Assembly: GCF_009914755.1 (NCBI RefSeq) | Contig: NC_060925.1 | Strand: one strand, 5' to 3' | Source: the human T2T-CHM13v2.0 reference genome, Homo sapiens | DNA length: 64,000 nucleotides | Part shown: positions 1 through 12,708 of the stretch, in pieces | Layout: each line of letters opens with the position of its first letter | How positions within the stretch are numbered: position 1 is the first letter of the stretch | Position numbers and translations under genes: made by a program | The notes under the pieces: generated by a model | What the model saw: the letters and a program-made list of their open reading frames with translations, nothing else | What the model was told of the DNA's origin: nothing | Databases searched by the model: none

Positions 1-3000
1 CTAGATTTTCTCAAGATGGGTAACAGTGCTGTTGAAAGTGTCATATGCCAGCATTATTACTGTTATTGGACAAGGCGTCATATAAAACCTATGCTTTTGT
101 CTTTCGATTTCTACTTTCCAACATGGTATTTTTGTGACATCAGACATCTGTAGGGTTTACTGGCACCTCATTTTTCAATGTGATTTCAACATATGACCAT
201 CCCATTTCAACTTCCCAATTTGGAAGAATACCATTGCATTTTATTACAAAAAAAAAAAAAAAAAGAAAAGAAAACGAGAAATTCCAGAAGAAAATGGGTT
301 TTTTATCAGGATATTATGAGTGCTGGTAATTAATTTCCTCAGTGAAAAGGATGAGCCCTTAGGAATACAATGATAAAAGAATATTATTCATCTTCTTCCT
401 GCAAGCTAACAAGCAAATCAGTATCATTAGTGTTTTTGAAAGATTAACTTCTCACCTAAAAACATGCTTAGGGATACTGAACATTTGGTATCACTAATTT
501 TCTTGAGCGCATGTAATAGCCTTTTAAAAATATTTGCTAATAAAATGAAGTTCACTCCTCACTTAAATTTCAGCTTAAGCCACTCCCTCTTTTAAATATT
601 ACACAATTCATTCAATTTTATAGTCTTAAAATTATTTCTTATTCAATTTTCTGTCACTCTTAGCTCATAACATATTCATTTAAATGTAAAAAATTAGTTC
701 TAACTTTATTTGATTACCTTTTAGGTAGTGATATTGAGTTGAACTAATTCTACATTTTTTAATATACCTAGTGATCTAGTGCTGCCTTTTGTTTATGGAA
801 TGTTGATCATTGTGATTTTTAAAATGATCATTATCTGGATCAGATGGCCTAAAACTAAAAGTATCCCCATTTAACCTTTCTTATTTGCCAAATCAGCAGA
901 ACTCAAATACATTGTCTTCATATAAACCAGATTTTCATTAGTGTTTACCTGTCAAATTTCCATCTATTTTTTGATACAAGACTCTTGCTCATTTCAATTA
1001 TTTGTATGCTCAGAGGCCTCATCATTCTGTCTTTAACACCAGTCACACATTTTCCCTATTACATTGTAGAAATCTGAAAATAACCAACGCATGTTGCTGA
1101 GTTCTCAGATCAATTGCCTCCTTGTTTTGAATATTCAGTTTATGGTTAAACTGCTGCATTTCAATATCACATGCAAATAACCATTTTATCAACATTTAAA
1201 AATCCTCAGTGATTGACTCACGTCTCTTTTCATCACTTTACTGCAAGAAAGGAGTTGAGCATAAGTAACCTTCTTGCATTAACCTCAGTCACTATATCAT
1301 GAAGACTTAAACAGAACTGAAATCTGCAATACAGGAAATAGATGATTAATTAAAGATAATTTCTGTCATTAATTAAGCCATTCTTTACATAGTGGCAGAA
1401 AACATGGTATTTTCCTGCCTCTTCATAACATTCATTATTTTCTGTTCTCTAGAATTTTTAGCTTTGAACTCTTCTTGTGCAAGTACAGGTGTGTGGATGA
1501 TAAATGTAGAGTGATTCTGAACTTACCAATACAACTAGTCTAGGCGTCATCTTACTCCTCAGGATTAGAACTACTTGAAATCTGAGAAACACGTACAGCG
1601 TCCGTGGCTGGTTCATTTTGATTGCAGCCGAATTTTTCCCTCCTGCCCCTTCATCATTCTCACTCTAAGTGTGTGGTAGTCTCTGATGTCACTGAGATTT
1701 TGTCTTCTGAACACCAAATCAAGCCTTTGCACACTTTTCCATACTCTCAGATTGATTTTAAAACAAATATATGAAAAGGAAGTGAACCCAAGGCATCCAA
1801 AGTATTGGTGGTTTTCATTTCTTCCAACTACTATATTGTATTTCTTTTCCTTTTTTTTTTCACATAGTTACTTTGAGCTTGTACTTAGTGGACATTTTTC
1901 TAGACATCTCCTGGAAAAAGTTATTTGTTCATTATTTTAACATGTATAGATTCTCAATTCATTGCACTTTTCAAAATGAAGCTATACATTTGCTGTGAAT
2001 TTTAAAACTTGTATGCATTTGACATTTCTTCCACAGTCTTTAAATTTTATAATCCGATTTTGAAACAAGCTCCAATTTTTGTTTATTATTTTGTGCATTG
2101 AAATAGATCATAACATTCCCTTTTAAATAGATTCAGAGAATAAGCCATTGCCACTCTATTGTTAATCTCCAGAATTCTTCTTCTCATATTTGATGACATA
2201 CTTATGTAGAAAGCATGATGCAGCCCACAAAACATTTTAAATGGTTTCAGACTAGTGAGAAAATAAGATAATGGACAAATAAAAATAAAGAACCAGGAAG
2301 TAAGGGAGAATTTGTTAGTAGTAGTAAAATGAGTATTCAGACCAGAGAAAGAGTTTAGCTACCAAATTCTTATCCCTCTTGTCATTTTACCAACCTTTCT
2401 GAAACCCTTGAAAATGACTTTGTTTCAGGATTTTAGTTTATTCTTTAAAAAAGTCTATCCACATGTGTATGCAAGTCATGAGAAACAGCTTCACTATGAC
2501 AGCCGCCAGATGACTAAAACTACCCTTTATAATCTACTGAGATTCACTGTCTACAATCTCAAAGGCAAAATGTGGACATAACTCATAACCCTTTTCACTA
2601 ACCACATTTTAATAATAGAAGCCTACAGCAATTAGTGGCACCAAATTAGTAGGAGGAATAACCAGAAAACAGTCAGCAAAGCATACCTAACAATTTCAAA
2701 CCCACTCCCAAGCTATTTTTAAAATGTTTACAAGTAATAAGACTCCCAGTTTCACCACACTTGACAAAACTCAAGACTAAATGTTTCAATTTCCATTTAC
2801 AAATAAGTATTAAGAGATAATAATATAGCAATGTTGTTAAATGGGTAAGATTTCAGGTAGATCTTCAATAAAAGCACTGGAGAATTTAACTAGGAGATAA
2901 CTACCACTTTTAGGATTCTTTCATTTTAAGGGATACCATATGTAGCATCTATGTCTTGGGCCTGAGGACTGGTGCTTTTCTGAGGATGACACCAATAGTT

Positions 3001-3269
3001 AAGTTTTCTGAAAAGTCCTTGTTTATGTGTTCTAGAAAGTCATACCTTGAATTTTCATGTTTTTCCCTCAACATTCTGCCAACTATTTTCCAATTTCAAA
3101 TTCAATCTCTCTTTGTAAATTTACATAGTCACTCTTTCCTTACCCTATGTCTTGGGAGTATCTTTGATTCATAATAATTCTAGTATCTCTTTTTTTTTGA
3201 CATTTGAAGTCAACTTTCCTCTTTCATTTCTGATACTCATAGCTTTTGTTTTATGTTTCTTATATGATA

Positions 3270-3430
3270 TTTATCTATCTGTCTATTACTTTGGGCAATT
3301 TGTTTAAACTTTCTGAGTTTTTTATTTGCTGAAAATCAGCTTAGTAATTAGATTAAAGGTATGACAACAATTAAGAGGCTAAATGACATAATGTACTGAA
3401 AAGCACTAAGCAGAAACTTGGATATGTATA
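3270..3430 (+). mobile_element. MIR SINE fragment
   Basis: Degenerate MIR core (ttactttgggcaatt...ctgagttt...attaagaggctaaatgacataatgta...aaagcactaagcaga). Boundaries approximate. Confidence 0.5.
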
Positions 3431-5954
3431 TTGCAAGCCAATCTATAGTTTCTGAGTTTCTTCTTTTCTCATTTTCTTTTATTTTTTCTTAATTAGAATA
3501 TTCTCTTTTGCTACGCATAATTTAAATTTATTTTTTTACTTATACAAAACAGAATCATATCATTCCTGTTTTATATTTATCATATTTCTTTATATGTCTA
3601 TGACATCATTGTTTTACCTCCAACAACCAGGAATTCCAAGACACTAGCGTATTTAAAACAGGCTTGATCATCATAGCCAGGGCTGGTCAGTGGCCACAGC
3701 CTCAGCTCCAACTGCTTCAAAAGGACTTTGTTAGAGCTGAGTGTGGCTGACCTCCCCTCTTCCCAGGGGAAAGGAGAATGTAAGGAGGTCTTCAATGTAT
3801 ACGTGGCATCATGGTCAAAGGCATTTTCAGTTTCCACTGTTCATACCTGGCCTCGAGTCCTACAGAATTCTGATCATTGCCAACTCAGTCCCTCAAGATT
3901 ATCTCCTCCTGTCTTAGCAAATAGAGTCCCAGCTTCACTGACTGTAGCTGCTTGAGGAGAAAACAAGACCACGTCTTAGTTCCATAATAGATTAAAGGTT
4001 TTCATGAGCCATGCTGTGGCTGTGCAGTTCCCCTGGCTTTTTCTTTCACAAGAAACAAATCAATGTACTGTCTTCATTTGTTTAGTCCCAGAGTTTCCAA
4101 AGCTCTCTCTCAGGTAAGAAGAAGAGCTCAAGTGTTTTTTTTTTTTTTTTTTTTTTTTCCTCTCTAAGAAGACATCATCTTATCCCATTAGTTAAAGAAT
4201 ATTTGGTTTCATAGATTGAATCTAAAAATATGGATACTTACAAATATGAAACCTATTTATCCTGGTCAAATGATGGGATGCCATTGAAATTGAAGTGGTA
4301 TTGTGTAAAGTTTGTGCTGGATAGTTGTTTTATTTATTTTATTTTGCATGCAGCTTCTGAGAAGTTTGAACAGTAGCAGTTTGTGATGTGGCAGTCACTC
4401 TTTCCAACAATACTAAGAATTAGTCTTTGTCCACACACACCGACTGCAATGCAGTCTCTGTTCTAGCACACACTGATGCTGTTGCCTATTTTCAGCTGGG
4501 TTGATGACTACATTCCAGACTCATGAAAACTAAGCACTGCTGTTATGGTACAAACCCTGGGTTTTCCTCTTGGCTGACACTAAAAATAACCCACCAAATT
4601 TGTAATTTTCAAGATAATTTTGGCTTTGGCTTTGTAAATGATGACATACATCTGGATTATGTCCTCTAACCTTGACATTGTTTCAAGTGTTATCTCTGAA
4701 CACATCAGCTCTTAGTTTGTATTAAACAAATCCATATTAAATTATTTTAGTTTTGTATCTATGTGAAAAAATACAAGTGCAAATGTTTTGAAGATGATTC
4801 AGCATATATTTTCCCTAGTAATCATTTCATTTTTAAAATGTCCATATAAGTAGAATATATTAATTTACTAAGGTATAAAAAAATTTTAATGCAGTATTTT
4901 ACTTCCAGCTACTTTTCTTCCACTTCAGACATAGAAAAAGAAAATATAGTTGAAAAGCAACTTATGACATTTTTCAAAGCTGCCAAGTTGTCGAACTTTG
5001 ATTCTTGTGAGGTGCTAAGAATAAGCACAAGAGGGTGAAAAGTCTACCTATATCACTCTTGGGGCTCTGTGACAACTAGGAAAAGTGATTTCCACTCATT
5101 CCTCAGTCCCTGCCCCAGCAGGATGAAAGCATGTTGTTTTACAAGAAACATGCGCCTTTTCTTGAGTAGTAGGGAGACAGCTGATGCAATTGGAAGCTTT
5201 GCCATCTGTCCCTGTGACCACAGACTTTACACAGAAATGCTCCTACCAGGTCATGTATTTAGACTCTGTGGTCATGTATTTATACTATGTAATTAAAACT
5301 GCTGGGGAGAGAAAGGGTAGGCCAGACTGTGATGGTCTCTCCTTCAAGCCCTTACATAAAGTCTATTCCTGTTCTTGTTTGCCTGATGTTGATCCAGAAC
5401 TTTTCAAGCTATCAATTTAGTGTAATAGATGCCTGTCATGACATTCACAAGGAAGGTCAAGCTACACACAAAATGATTTTCAAATTTTAACTTGGTAAGA
5501 ATTTTTCATGAAGGATAGAATGCTGCATTCTGACTTAAGAAAAGATTTATTATTTACAGAGTGATCTTTAGCAAGACTTGGAATTTCCTCCTTCAGTGAC
5601 TTTTGTCTCTCAGTCAGCTAGTGAAAGCACACAAAATGATCTTTCAACATTTTATCCAACGTTTAAATATTTTTATGGTGAGTATTTTGTAAAGGAATAT
5701 AATGCTGTGAGGACATTTATCAGTGGTGTTTTTTTTCAAGTCTTATGGTGATAAACAAATCTGGGATGGGGATCATGACCCTCTGTTAGCAATGAACCTC
5801 ATCACTAAGTCAGAGAGAGATTAGCTAGAAAACCTTAATGCTAAGATGAAGGGGAGAAGTGGGAACAAGAAAGAATGACAAAGAAGACAATAAAACAATA
5901 TGTGCAATATAGGGGGATCTTCCTGGGGACATTTCACTGCATAGATTTACTTAC

Positions 5955-6032
5955 CTCAACTAATAGAACAAGTTTTCCTGGTATTGGCTCCCTAAAGAAC
6001 AGTACAGCTAGTAAGGATTTGCTGCTTTTATA
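5955..6032 (-). promoter_or_regulatory. Candidate TATA promoter plus short first exon
   Basis: Minus strand has TATAAAAG at 6032-6025 and a consensus donor GAG|GTAAGT at 5955/5954, spacing compatible with a ~45-50 nt first exon. Motif evidence only. Confidence 0.3.
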
Positions 6033-6401
6033 ACTTGACAAAAGAGAAAGTTTTATTCTCCCCTTAAACGTGATACATGTTTCTCAGACTAATTAGCAAT
6101 ATAAATTCGTGGTAGAATAAGAGTATCACTGAAACTCCTGAAAATCAGTCAAGCCACTCAGGAGCTATCGAGCAAGCATCTCTGTAGTGGGAATAGGCAC
6201 ATCAACCCTACTAACTGCACAGAGAAGAGCAAATGGACGGGAATGAACTGTGCCTCCCTTTGCATATTAGCTTATAAATAAAAGGCTGTCTACTGTTTAT
6301 TATAAAAGTAATGGAAAAATTAGAAGACTTAGGGCATACTCAGGCCTTTCTGACAAGCTCGAGTATGTTTTCTCAGCATTTCCTCCCAAACCATGGTAGG
6401 C

Positions 6402-6402
<1 letters not shown>

Positions 6403-6441
<39 letters not shown>

Positions 6442-6498
6442 TCAAATCCAACACACTCACACAGAAGTCAAATCCAACACACACACAAACCCAATCCA
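6403..6498. repeat. (CA)n microsatellite followed by ~26-bp CA-rich tandem units
   Basis: About 17 CA repeats, then cacacagaaatcaaatccaacacact / cacacagaagtcaaatccaacacaca / a partial third copy. Confidence 0.9.
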
Positions 6499-6544
6499 GC
6501 CAGGAGGATCTCAACTGTCATCTAGATAGTATCTCTGATTTGAA

Positions 6545-6660
6545 AGGAAAATTGAAGAAGGAAAGAAGAAAGAAAAAGAGAGGAAGAAAAGAAGAAAGAA
6601 CAGAGAGGAAGAAGAGTAGGAGTGGGAGAGAAAGGGAAAGAGTAGTAAGAAATAAAGGAA
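6545..6660. repeat. GA-rich low-complexity tract
   Basis: Nearly all purine on the + strand. Confidence 0.85.
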
Positions 6661-6796
6661 ATTGAGACATTTTCTCTCTTGTGCTGACCACAACCATGGA
6701 GAAAAAGGCAATTAGACTATCTTATATCTTCATTGAATTGAAATCTCTTCTTCATTGAAAATGGTCAGTATGAAAGAGAATTCTATGCAGTTGTTT

Positions 6797-6843
<47 letters not shown>

Positions 6844-7123
6844 TTTTGAGATGCAGTCTCGCTCTGTCACCAGGCTGTAGTGCAGTGGCGTGATCTTGGT
6901 TGACTGCAACCTCTGCCTCCTGGGTTCAAGCGATTCCCTGCCTCAGCCTCCAGAGTAGCTGGGATTACAGGCACGTGCCACCACCCCTGGCTAATTTTTT
7001 TGTATTTTAGTAGAGACAGGGTTTCACCATGTTGGCCAGGATGGCCTTGATCTCCTGACCTTGTGATCCACCCACCTTGGCCTCCCAAAGGAGGATTACA
7101 GGTGTGTACCACCGTGCTCAGCC
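6797..7123 (-). mobile_element. Alu (AluSc-like) with (TTTA)n tail
   Basis: Reverse-complement Alu dimer. Tail expanded to (TTTA)n at 6797-6846. Subfamily from diagnostic ggatgg/gaccttgtgatcc positions. Confidence 0.95.
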
Positions 7124-8449
7124 GTTATCTTTTATTTTGAAATTAAAATCAGTTGCCCAAGAGAGCATGATGATTGTTTTTGTCTAGAGACAACTGAAAA
7201 GGGTGATGTGTTGCCCTGTATGACTTTCAGAACTTGAGGCATGTTATCAGTGCCATGCTTATTCAAAACATCAGTGAGTGGATTAGTCTGGTATTTGATG
7301 CCGTTTATATTCCAACCTCCCTTGGAGATTTCAATCCAAATGGAAGAGTGTATAAGATTTTTGACTAAAATAGACCAATGAAGTAGCACACATAGAACAA
7401 AATTCTAGGCACTCAACTTCAGAGACTCTATGCATCCATCTTAAGGAATACTCTTCATACCAAGAAAGAATTGTGATCTTTTCTGGGCCTGGAATCCTTT
7501 TCCCTACTTCTTTCTCAGTTAACACCCTTTAAGACAAAATAGAAGTGCCACTTTTTAAATATAATTTACCTTCTTCAAAGCAAAATTTTTTGCTTCATCT
7601 GTGAGTCTCACAACACCATTAGAGGCATCATTATAACAGGACCTCTTGGCACAGAAATTATTTTATCCGTTATCTCTTCTCCAAGATCCTCTGGAGCAGG
7701 ACCTATGCCTTATTTAACTTTTTAAAACTTATTTGTTGTGGTTTGACACTCAATAATTTTAAAAATAATAATGTAGTAAAAAATTATTGTAGAAGGTTAG
7801 GAAATACAAAGGGGAATACATCAACAGATTTTTAGGAATTAGCAGAGAAAATGTTATTAAGATAGAGAAGAAGAGGAAGACATAAATTAGAAGAAATGGC
7901 GTGGGAGTGTATTCGGGGAGAGAATGGTGGGAGTGTAGGTAAATGGAGTAGAAATAGGGAGGTTGACTGTGGGAAACACAGAAAGATTAGTGTATGAGAA
8001 GCTGAGAGATGAGGCTGGGAAAGCTGTAACTTGAAACTGTGGGAATTAAGTCAAGAGGAAAAAGTTGGTTGATTTGTGTGAAGAAGGAAAGAAGAATTAA
8101 TGGAAAAACATTGCTGACTACACAAAAATGCTTGGTTTGAAATGGAGGAGTCAATAGCAGTGGACTGAGTACAATGCAGCAGGAAATGGTGAGGCAAAAC
8201 CAGTAACAGGATCTAAAAATGTCCAACACTTTTACCAGGGCCCTGCAAAGTGTTCGAAGGGAGTCTTTTGTGGATTATCTCATTTGGTCCTCAGAAGCAA
8301 ATATCACAAGGGCATAAAAATGATCAATAACCCCAATTCATTCATTAAGACATTGCTCCTATTCTCAAGGAACTTATAACAGATCAAGGTGAGAAAATAT
8401 AAAGAATAGGGATGAAAAATGGCAAGCAGTGGGTGAATGACAATAAGTG

Positions 8450-8605
8450 TTTTATATGTTCACAACTGGGGCCTGCTACTGGCATCTAAAGTAAAGAGGC
8501 CAGTGATACTGTTAAACATCCTACAAAGTGTAGGACATCCCCTTACAACAAAGAATTCACCAGCCCAAACAAAATGTCAATAGTGCTACAGTTAAAATGC
8601 CCTTG
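8450..8605. mobile_element. MER20 DNA transposon (hAT-Charlie) fragment
   Basis: Matches MER20 motifs tgctactggcatct...agaggcca...aaacatcctaca...acaacaaagaatt...aaaatgtcaatagtgc. Confidence 0.8.
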
Positions 8606-8789
8606 GACAGTGCATATAGAAACCTATTATAAAAATAGGTGTATTTCTTACATAAGCATTAGGTATTAGCACAAACTTCAGCTGGTACTCCACTTTGGTG
8701 ATATTGAGGTAACTGTTGCTTTGTTTCAGTACCTAGAAATCAATACTTTTTTAAAAAAGTCTTGTTCCAATAGGAACTAATCATTGACT

Positions 8790-10820
8790 AATATAACAAA
8801 ATCCAAAATGTGGACCACTCTACTGAACTATTGAACCAGCTTCTTAAAAATTCATCGCAAAGAACACACACACACACATACACGCACGAGAGAGAGAGGA
8901 AAAACTGTAGTTTTTAGAAGAGACTGAAGAGACCTATCAACCAATTACAATGTATAAACATTTTCTTTTTAAGAGCTGGGATCTCACTCTGTCAACAACC
9001 CAGGCTGGGGTGCAGTGATGTAATCGTACCTCACTGCAGCCTCAAAATCCTGGGCTCCAGAGATCCTCCTGCCTCAGCTCCTGGAGTAGCAGGGAACACA
9101 GGCGCATGCCACCATGACCGGCCAATTTTTTTTTTTTAAGAGATGGGGTCTCTCACTATGTTGCTCAGGTTCATAAACATTTTTTAATTCTAATTTAGAT
9201 GAACAAGTCCTTAAAAATGTAATTTGGATGAACACCTCCTTAAAAATGTATGGGACAATCAGAAATTGAACAATAAGTGGGCATTTGGTGATATTAAGTG
9301 AATGTTAGTTTTTAGGTGTGATAATATAATATTTCAGAATGTTAGAAAAAAGACCTTATCTTTCAGAAAGATATACTGAAATACTAATGGATAAATAATA
9401 TAATCTTTGGAATTGCGGAAAGAAGTGAGTGCTAGTATATGAAAAGTGTCCATGAACTGATAATTATTGAAGCTGTGTGATGGATAGTATGGGATAATTA
9501 TACTATTCTCTTTAGTTTTCTATATGTGCTTGATATACTCACTAAGAAACAGTTTTACCCATATATACGCCAACCTAATTTATCACAAAAGTAACACTGC
9601 TGTGCAGTGGGCAACGTGTAGTTTTTCCAATAAAGGTGCTGCATCAATGGATTACTTATTTGAGAAAAATAAGTATCTTAATTTCTGCTCACCCAAGTCA
9701 CAAAAATCAATTAAAAATGACTGTGGTCTATGTGGTTAAGGTAAAACAATAATGGCTTTAGATGAAAACATGGGCAATCATCTTCATGATTTTAGAGTAG
9801 TCCAAGATTTCAGAAACAGAACACAAATAGTTTTAAACTAAAGCAAAAAGATAAATCAATAGCTCTGTTCATCAAATGATAACATTAAATAAATAAAGAA
9901 GGAGTATATCTACAAAAAATTTACCCCCCACACAAAAAATCATATCTAGACTCTGTAAAGAACACCTGCAAACTAATAAGGAAAGGATAGAAAATCGAAT
10001 AGTAAAATGCACAAAATACTTAAACAATTCACATAAAATACATTAAAATGGTCAATAAATATAGAAAAAGTTACTCATATTTATTACTCATTGACAAAAT
10101 GCAAGTTAAAAAACCACAATGTGATACCTCTACTTCCTCACTGGAATTGTTAACATGAGAAGACAGACAATACCAGGTGTTGGTGAGGATCTGTAGCAAC
10201 TGCAAGTTTCATATACTGTTGGTGTGAGACATAGTTTAGTATAGTTTAGTACAACCTCATAGAAAGCTCTTTGGCAGTGTCCTCTAAAGCTAAATGTATG
10301 CATACCTTACAGCCTAGCAATTCAAATTCTAAGGATATACCCAATAGAAATGCATACACATGTTTACCAAAACTCCTGTACTGGTATGTTCATAATTCTA
10401 GTGAAATACCATATGTCAGTAAGAAGGAACTGATTACAACTGTGTGCAAAAACAGTTCTAAATTTGCCAAGCATGACGTTGAACAGGAAGTCACACACAA
10501 CTAAATAGATACAGTATCATTTTGTTTTAATGAAATCAATTAAAATTAATAAAATTAGTCAATGATAAATTTTATTTTGATAAAGGTGAGAGATATGCAA
10601 CATCTCTGGTTTTAGAAGTGGGTGTCAACTGTGGGGTGGAGAATAGTAACTGGAGTTGGCATAAGTGGGGTTTTCCGACATACTGGCCACATCCTCTTTC
10701 TTGGTTTAGGTGATGTTATACACGTGTTTGGTTTCAAAACATTCATTGAAGGGAGCCTCTAAGAAATATGTAAGTTTGTGCAAATATCTTATACCTCCAT
10801 ATTAAATTGCCAAAAAATAC
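8790..10820 (+). mobile_element. Old L1M (L1MC/L1ME-type) ORF2 end and 3'UTR fragments
   Basis: L1 3' motifs (aaaaccacaatgtgatacc, gtgttggtgaggat, cagcaattc...aggatatacccaatagaaatg). Interrupted by an Alu at ~8966-9171. Confidence 0.75.
8966..9171 (-). mobile_element. 5'-truncated AluJ-like element
   Basis: Reverse Alu right arm plus partial left arm, flanked by TSD-like ataaacatttt on both sides. Confidence 0.9.
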
Positions 10821-11489
10821 TACTAATTCAACTATGTTAAAATCTAGAGCTTGCTTTGAAAGAATTACACCCTAAAAGAAGTACTTGGTCACACAGTTCT
10901 CAACAATGTTTCTTATGAGACTTCTGACAATGTGATGTGATGATAGAATAAATGTATTCTTAAAAATAGAAGAACTAAATCATGATAAAAAAATCAAATA
11001 TTGCCACAAACTGATGACGGATATTGGTTTTGATAAAATATCAAAGAAACTGGAATGAGAATTATTATTGTATTTTCATGATTTTAAAGTAATATTTCAA
11101 AATGAATGAATCAATCAAGATGTGCAAAGATGTAATTTGATTAAACTATGTAATATCCTATGTAATTTGAAATATTAAAACTTAGAATAATTTTTCTTAA
11201 CAAGTCCCTCCAAAAAAAAAAAGCAGAAAAGAAAAAATTGTAATTGAAGTGGCATTTTCCATTAATGTCATCGTTTACAAACTCTGAATTACCCTTTTGT
11301 GGGGAGGTAATGCTCTGATATTTATCAATTGGTTCTCAGTGATATTTTTAACATCAGCAGTGTGCTATCATGGTGGGAAAACAAAGAAGTACATATTGAA
11401 AAGATATAAAAAATAATTTGTAGAAACAGACCAACTCTCATGAAGCCTGCAGTGACAGGTGTTATTTGATTAACATAAGGAAAAAGATC

Positions 11490-11705
11490 AAAATACACTG
11501 AGCACTTATCATGTTCAAGAGTTAGTTCTTAACTCCCTATATTTGTTCTCTTTTAATCTGTAAAATAATCCAGTGAGGCTGATAACATTGCCCCATTTTA
11601 CACATGATACATTGCCCCATTTTACACATGATAAAGTTCAATAAGTAGTCCAAGTTTGGGAAGATACTAAATGACTGGATATTAAATCCAGGCCTGGATC
11701 ATGCA
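11490..11705 (-). mobile_element. MIR fragment with a 24-bp tandem duplication
   Basis: MIR core ccccattttaca. acattgccccattttacacatgat is duplicated at 11585-11608 and 11609-11632. Confidence 0.65.
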
Positions 11706-11823
11706 AGAGAGTATGATGAGTGTGGAACAGAATAACCAAGGGTATATTCATAACTATTGACTCTGGTTGGACTCTGAAGCCAGATGATTCCAGAGATGAG
11801 TTCCAAACAGAAGTAGGAGTTAT

Positions 11824-12324
11824 TGAGAGGTGAAGCCAGCTGGACTTCCTGGGTCAAGTGGGGACTTGGAGAACTTTTCTGTAGCTAGAGGTTTGTAAAA
11901 TGCATCCATCAGTGCTCTGTAAAAACGCACTAATCAGCACTCTGTAGCTAGCTAGAGGTTTGTAAAATGCACCAATTAGTTCTCTGTAAAAATGTACCCA
12001 TTGGCGCTCTGTAGCTAGCTAGAGGTTTGTAAAATGGACCAGTCAACACCCTCTAAAATGGACCAATCAGCACCCTGTAAAATGGACCAATCAGTGCTCT
12101 GTAAAATGGACCAATCAGCACTCTGTAAAATGGACCAATCAGCAGGACATGCATGGGGACAAATAAGGGAATAAAAGCTGGCCACCCCAGCCAGCAGTGG
12201 CAACCTGCTCGGGTGCCCTTCCACACTGTGGAAGTTTTGTTCTTTTGCTCTTCACAATAAATCTTGCTGCTGCTCACTCTTTGGGTCTGCACCACCTTTA
12301 AGAGCTGCAACACTCATCACGAAG
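11824..12324 (+). promoter_or_regulatory. 5' LTR12 (U3 CCAAT repeat array, R, truncated U5)
   Basis: Starts tgagaggtgaagccagctggacttcc. 24-bp tgtaaaatggaccaatcagcactc repeats, AATAAAA TATA-like box ~12170, polyA signal ~12256. Homology to the 3' LTR stops at ...cacgaag (12324). Confidence 0.92.
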
Positions 12325-12708
12325 ATATAGCCCTCCACTCCATTTTGAAGCATATCATCTTTATAGGACAGGGGTAAAGTCCCAATACTAACAGGAGAAA
12401 ATGCTTAGGACTCTAACAGGTTTTTGAGAATGTGTCGGTAAGGGCCAGTAAATCCAACATTTCTCAGTCCTCTTTGTGGTCTAAGAGGAAAGGCAAGGGT
12501 GCAGGTTTTCGACAATGCATCAGTAAGGGCCACCAAATCTGACCTTTCTTGGTCCTCATTGTGGTCTAGGAGGAAAACAAGTGTTTCTGCTGCTGCGTCG
12601 GTGAGTGCAACTATTCCGATCAGCAGGGTCCAGGGACCATTGTGGGTTCTTGAGCAGGGGAGGGGGGTGCAAAACAAACCAAAACCATGGGCAGTATTTT
12701 TCTTTCAG

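Noticed and set aside
3598-3955. Overlapping 79-aa and 75-aa ORFs in unique sequence
   Set aside because: No recognisable homology or convincing coding-exon boundaries, and the lengths are expected by chance.
6311-6711. HT-repeat and K/R-rich ORFs
   Set aside because: Translations of (CA)n and GA-rich tracts.
11880-12145. Regular direct repeats resembling a CRISPR array
   Set aside because: These are tandem LTR12 U3 CCAAT repeats with no unique spacers, no cas genes and a eukaryotic context.
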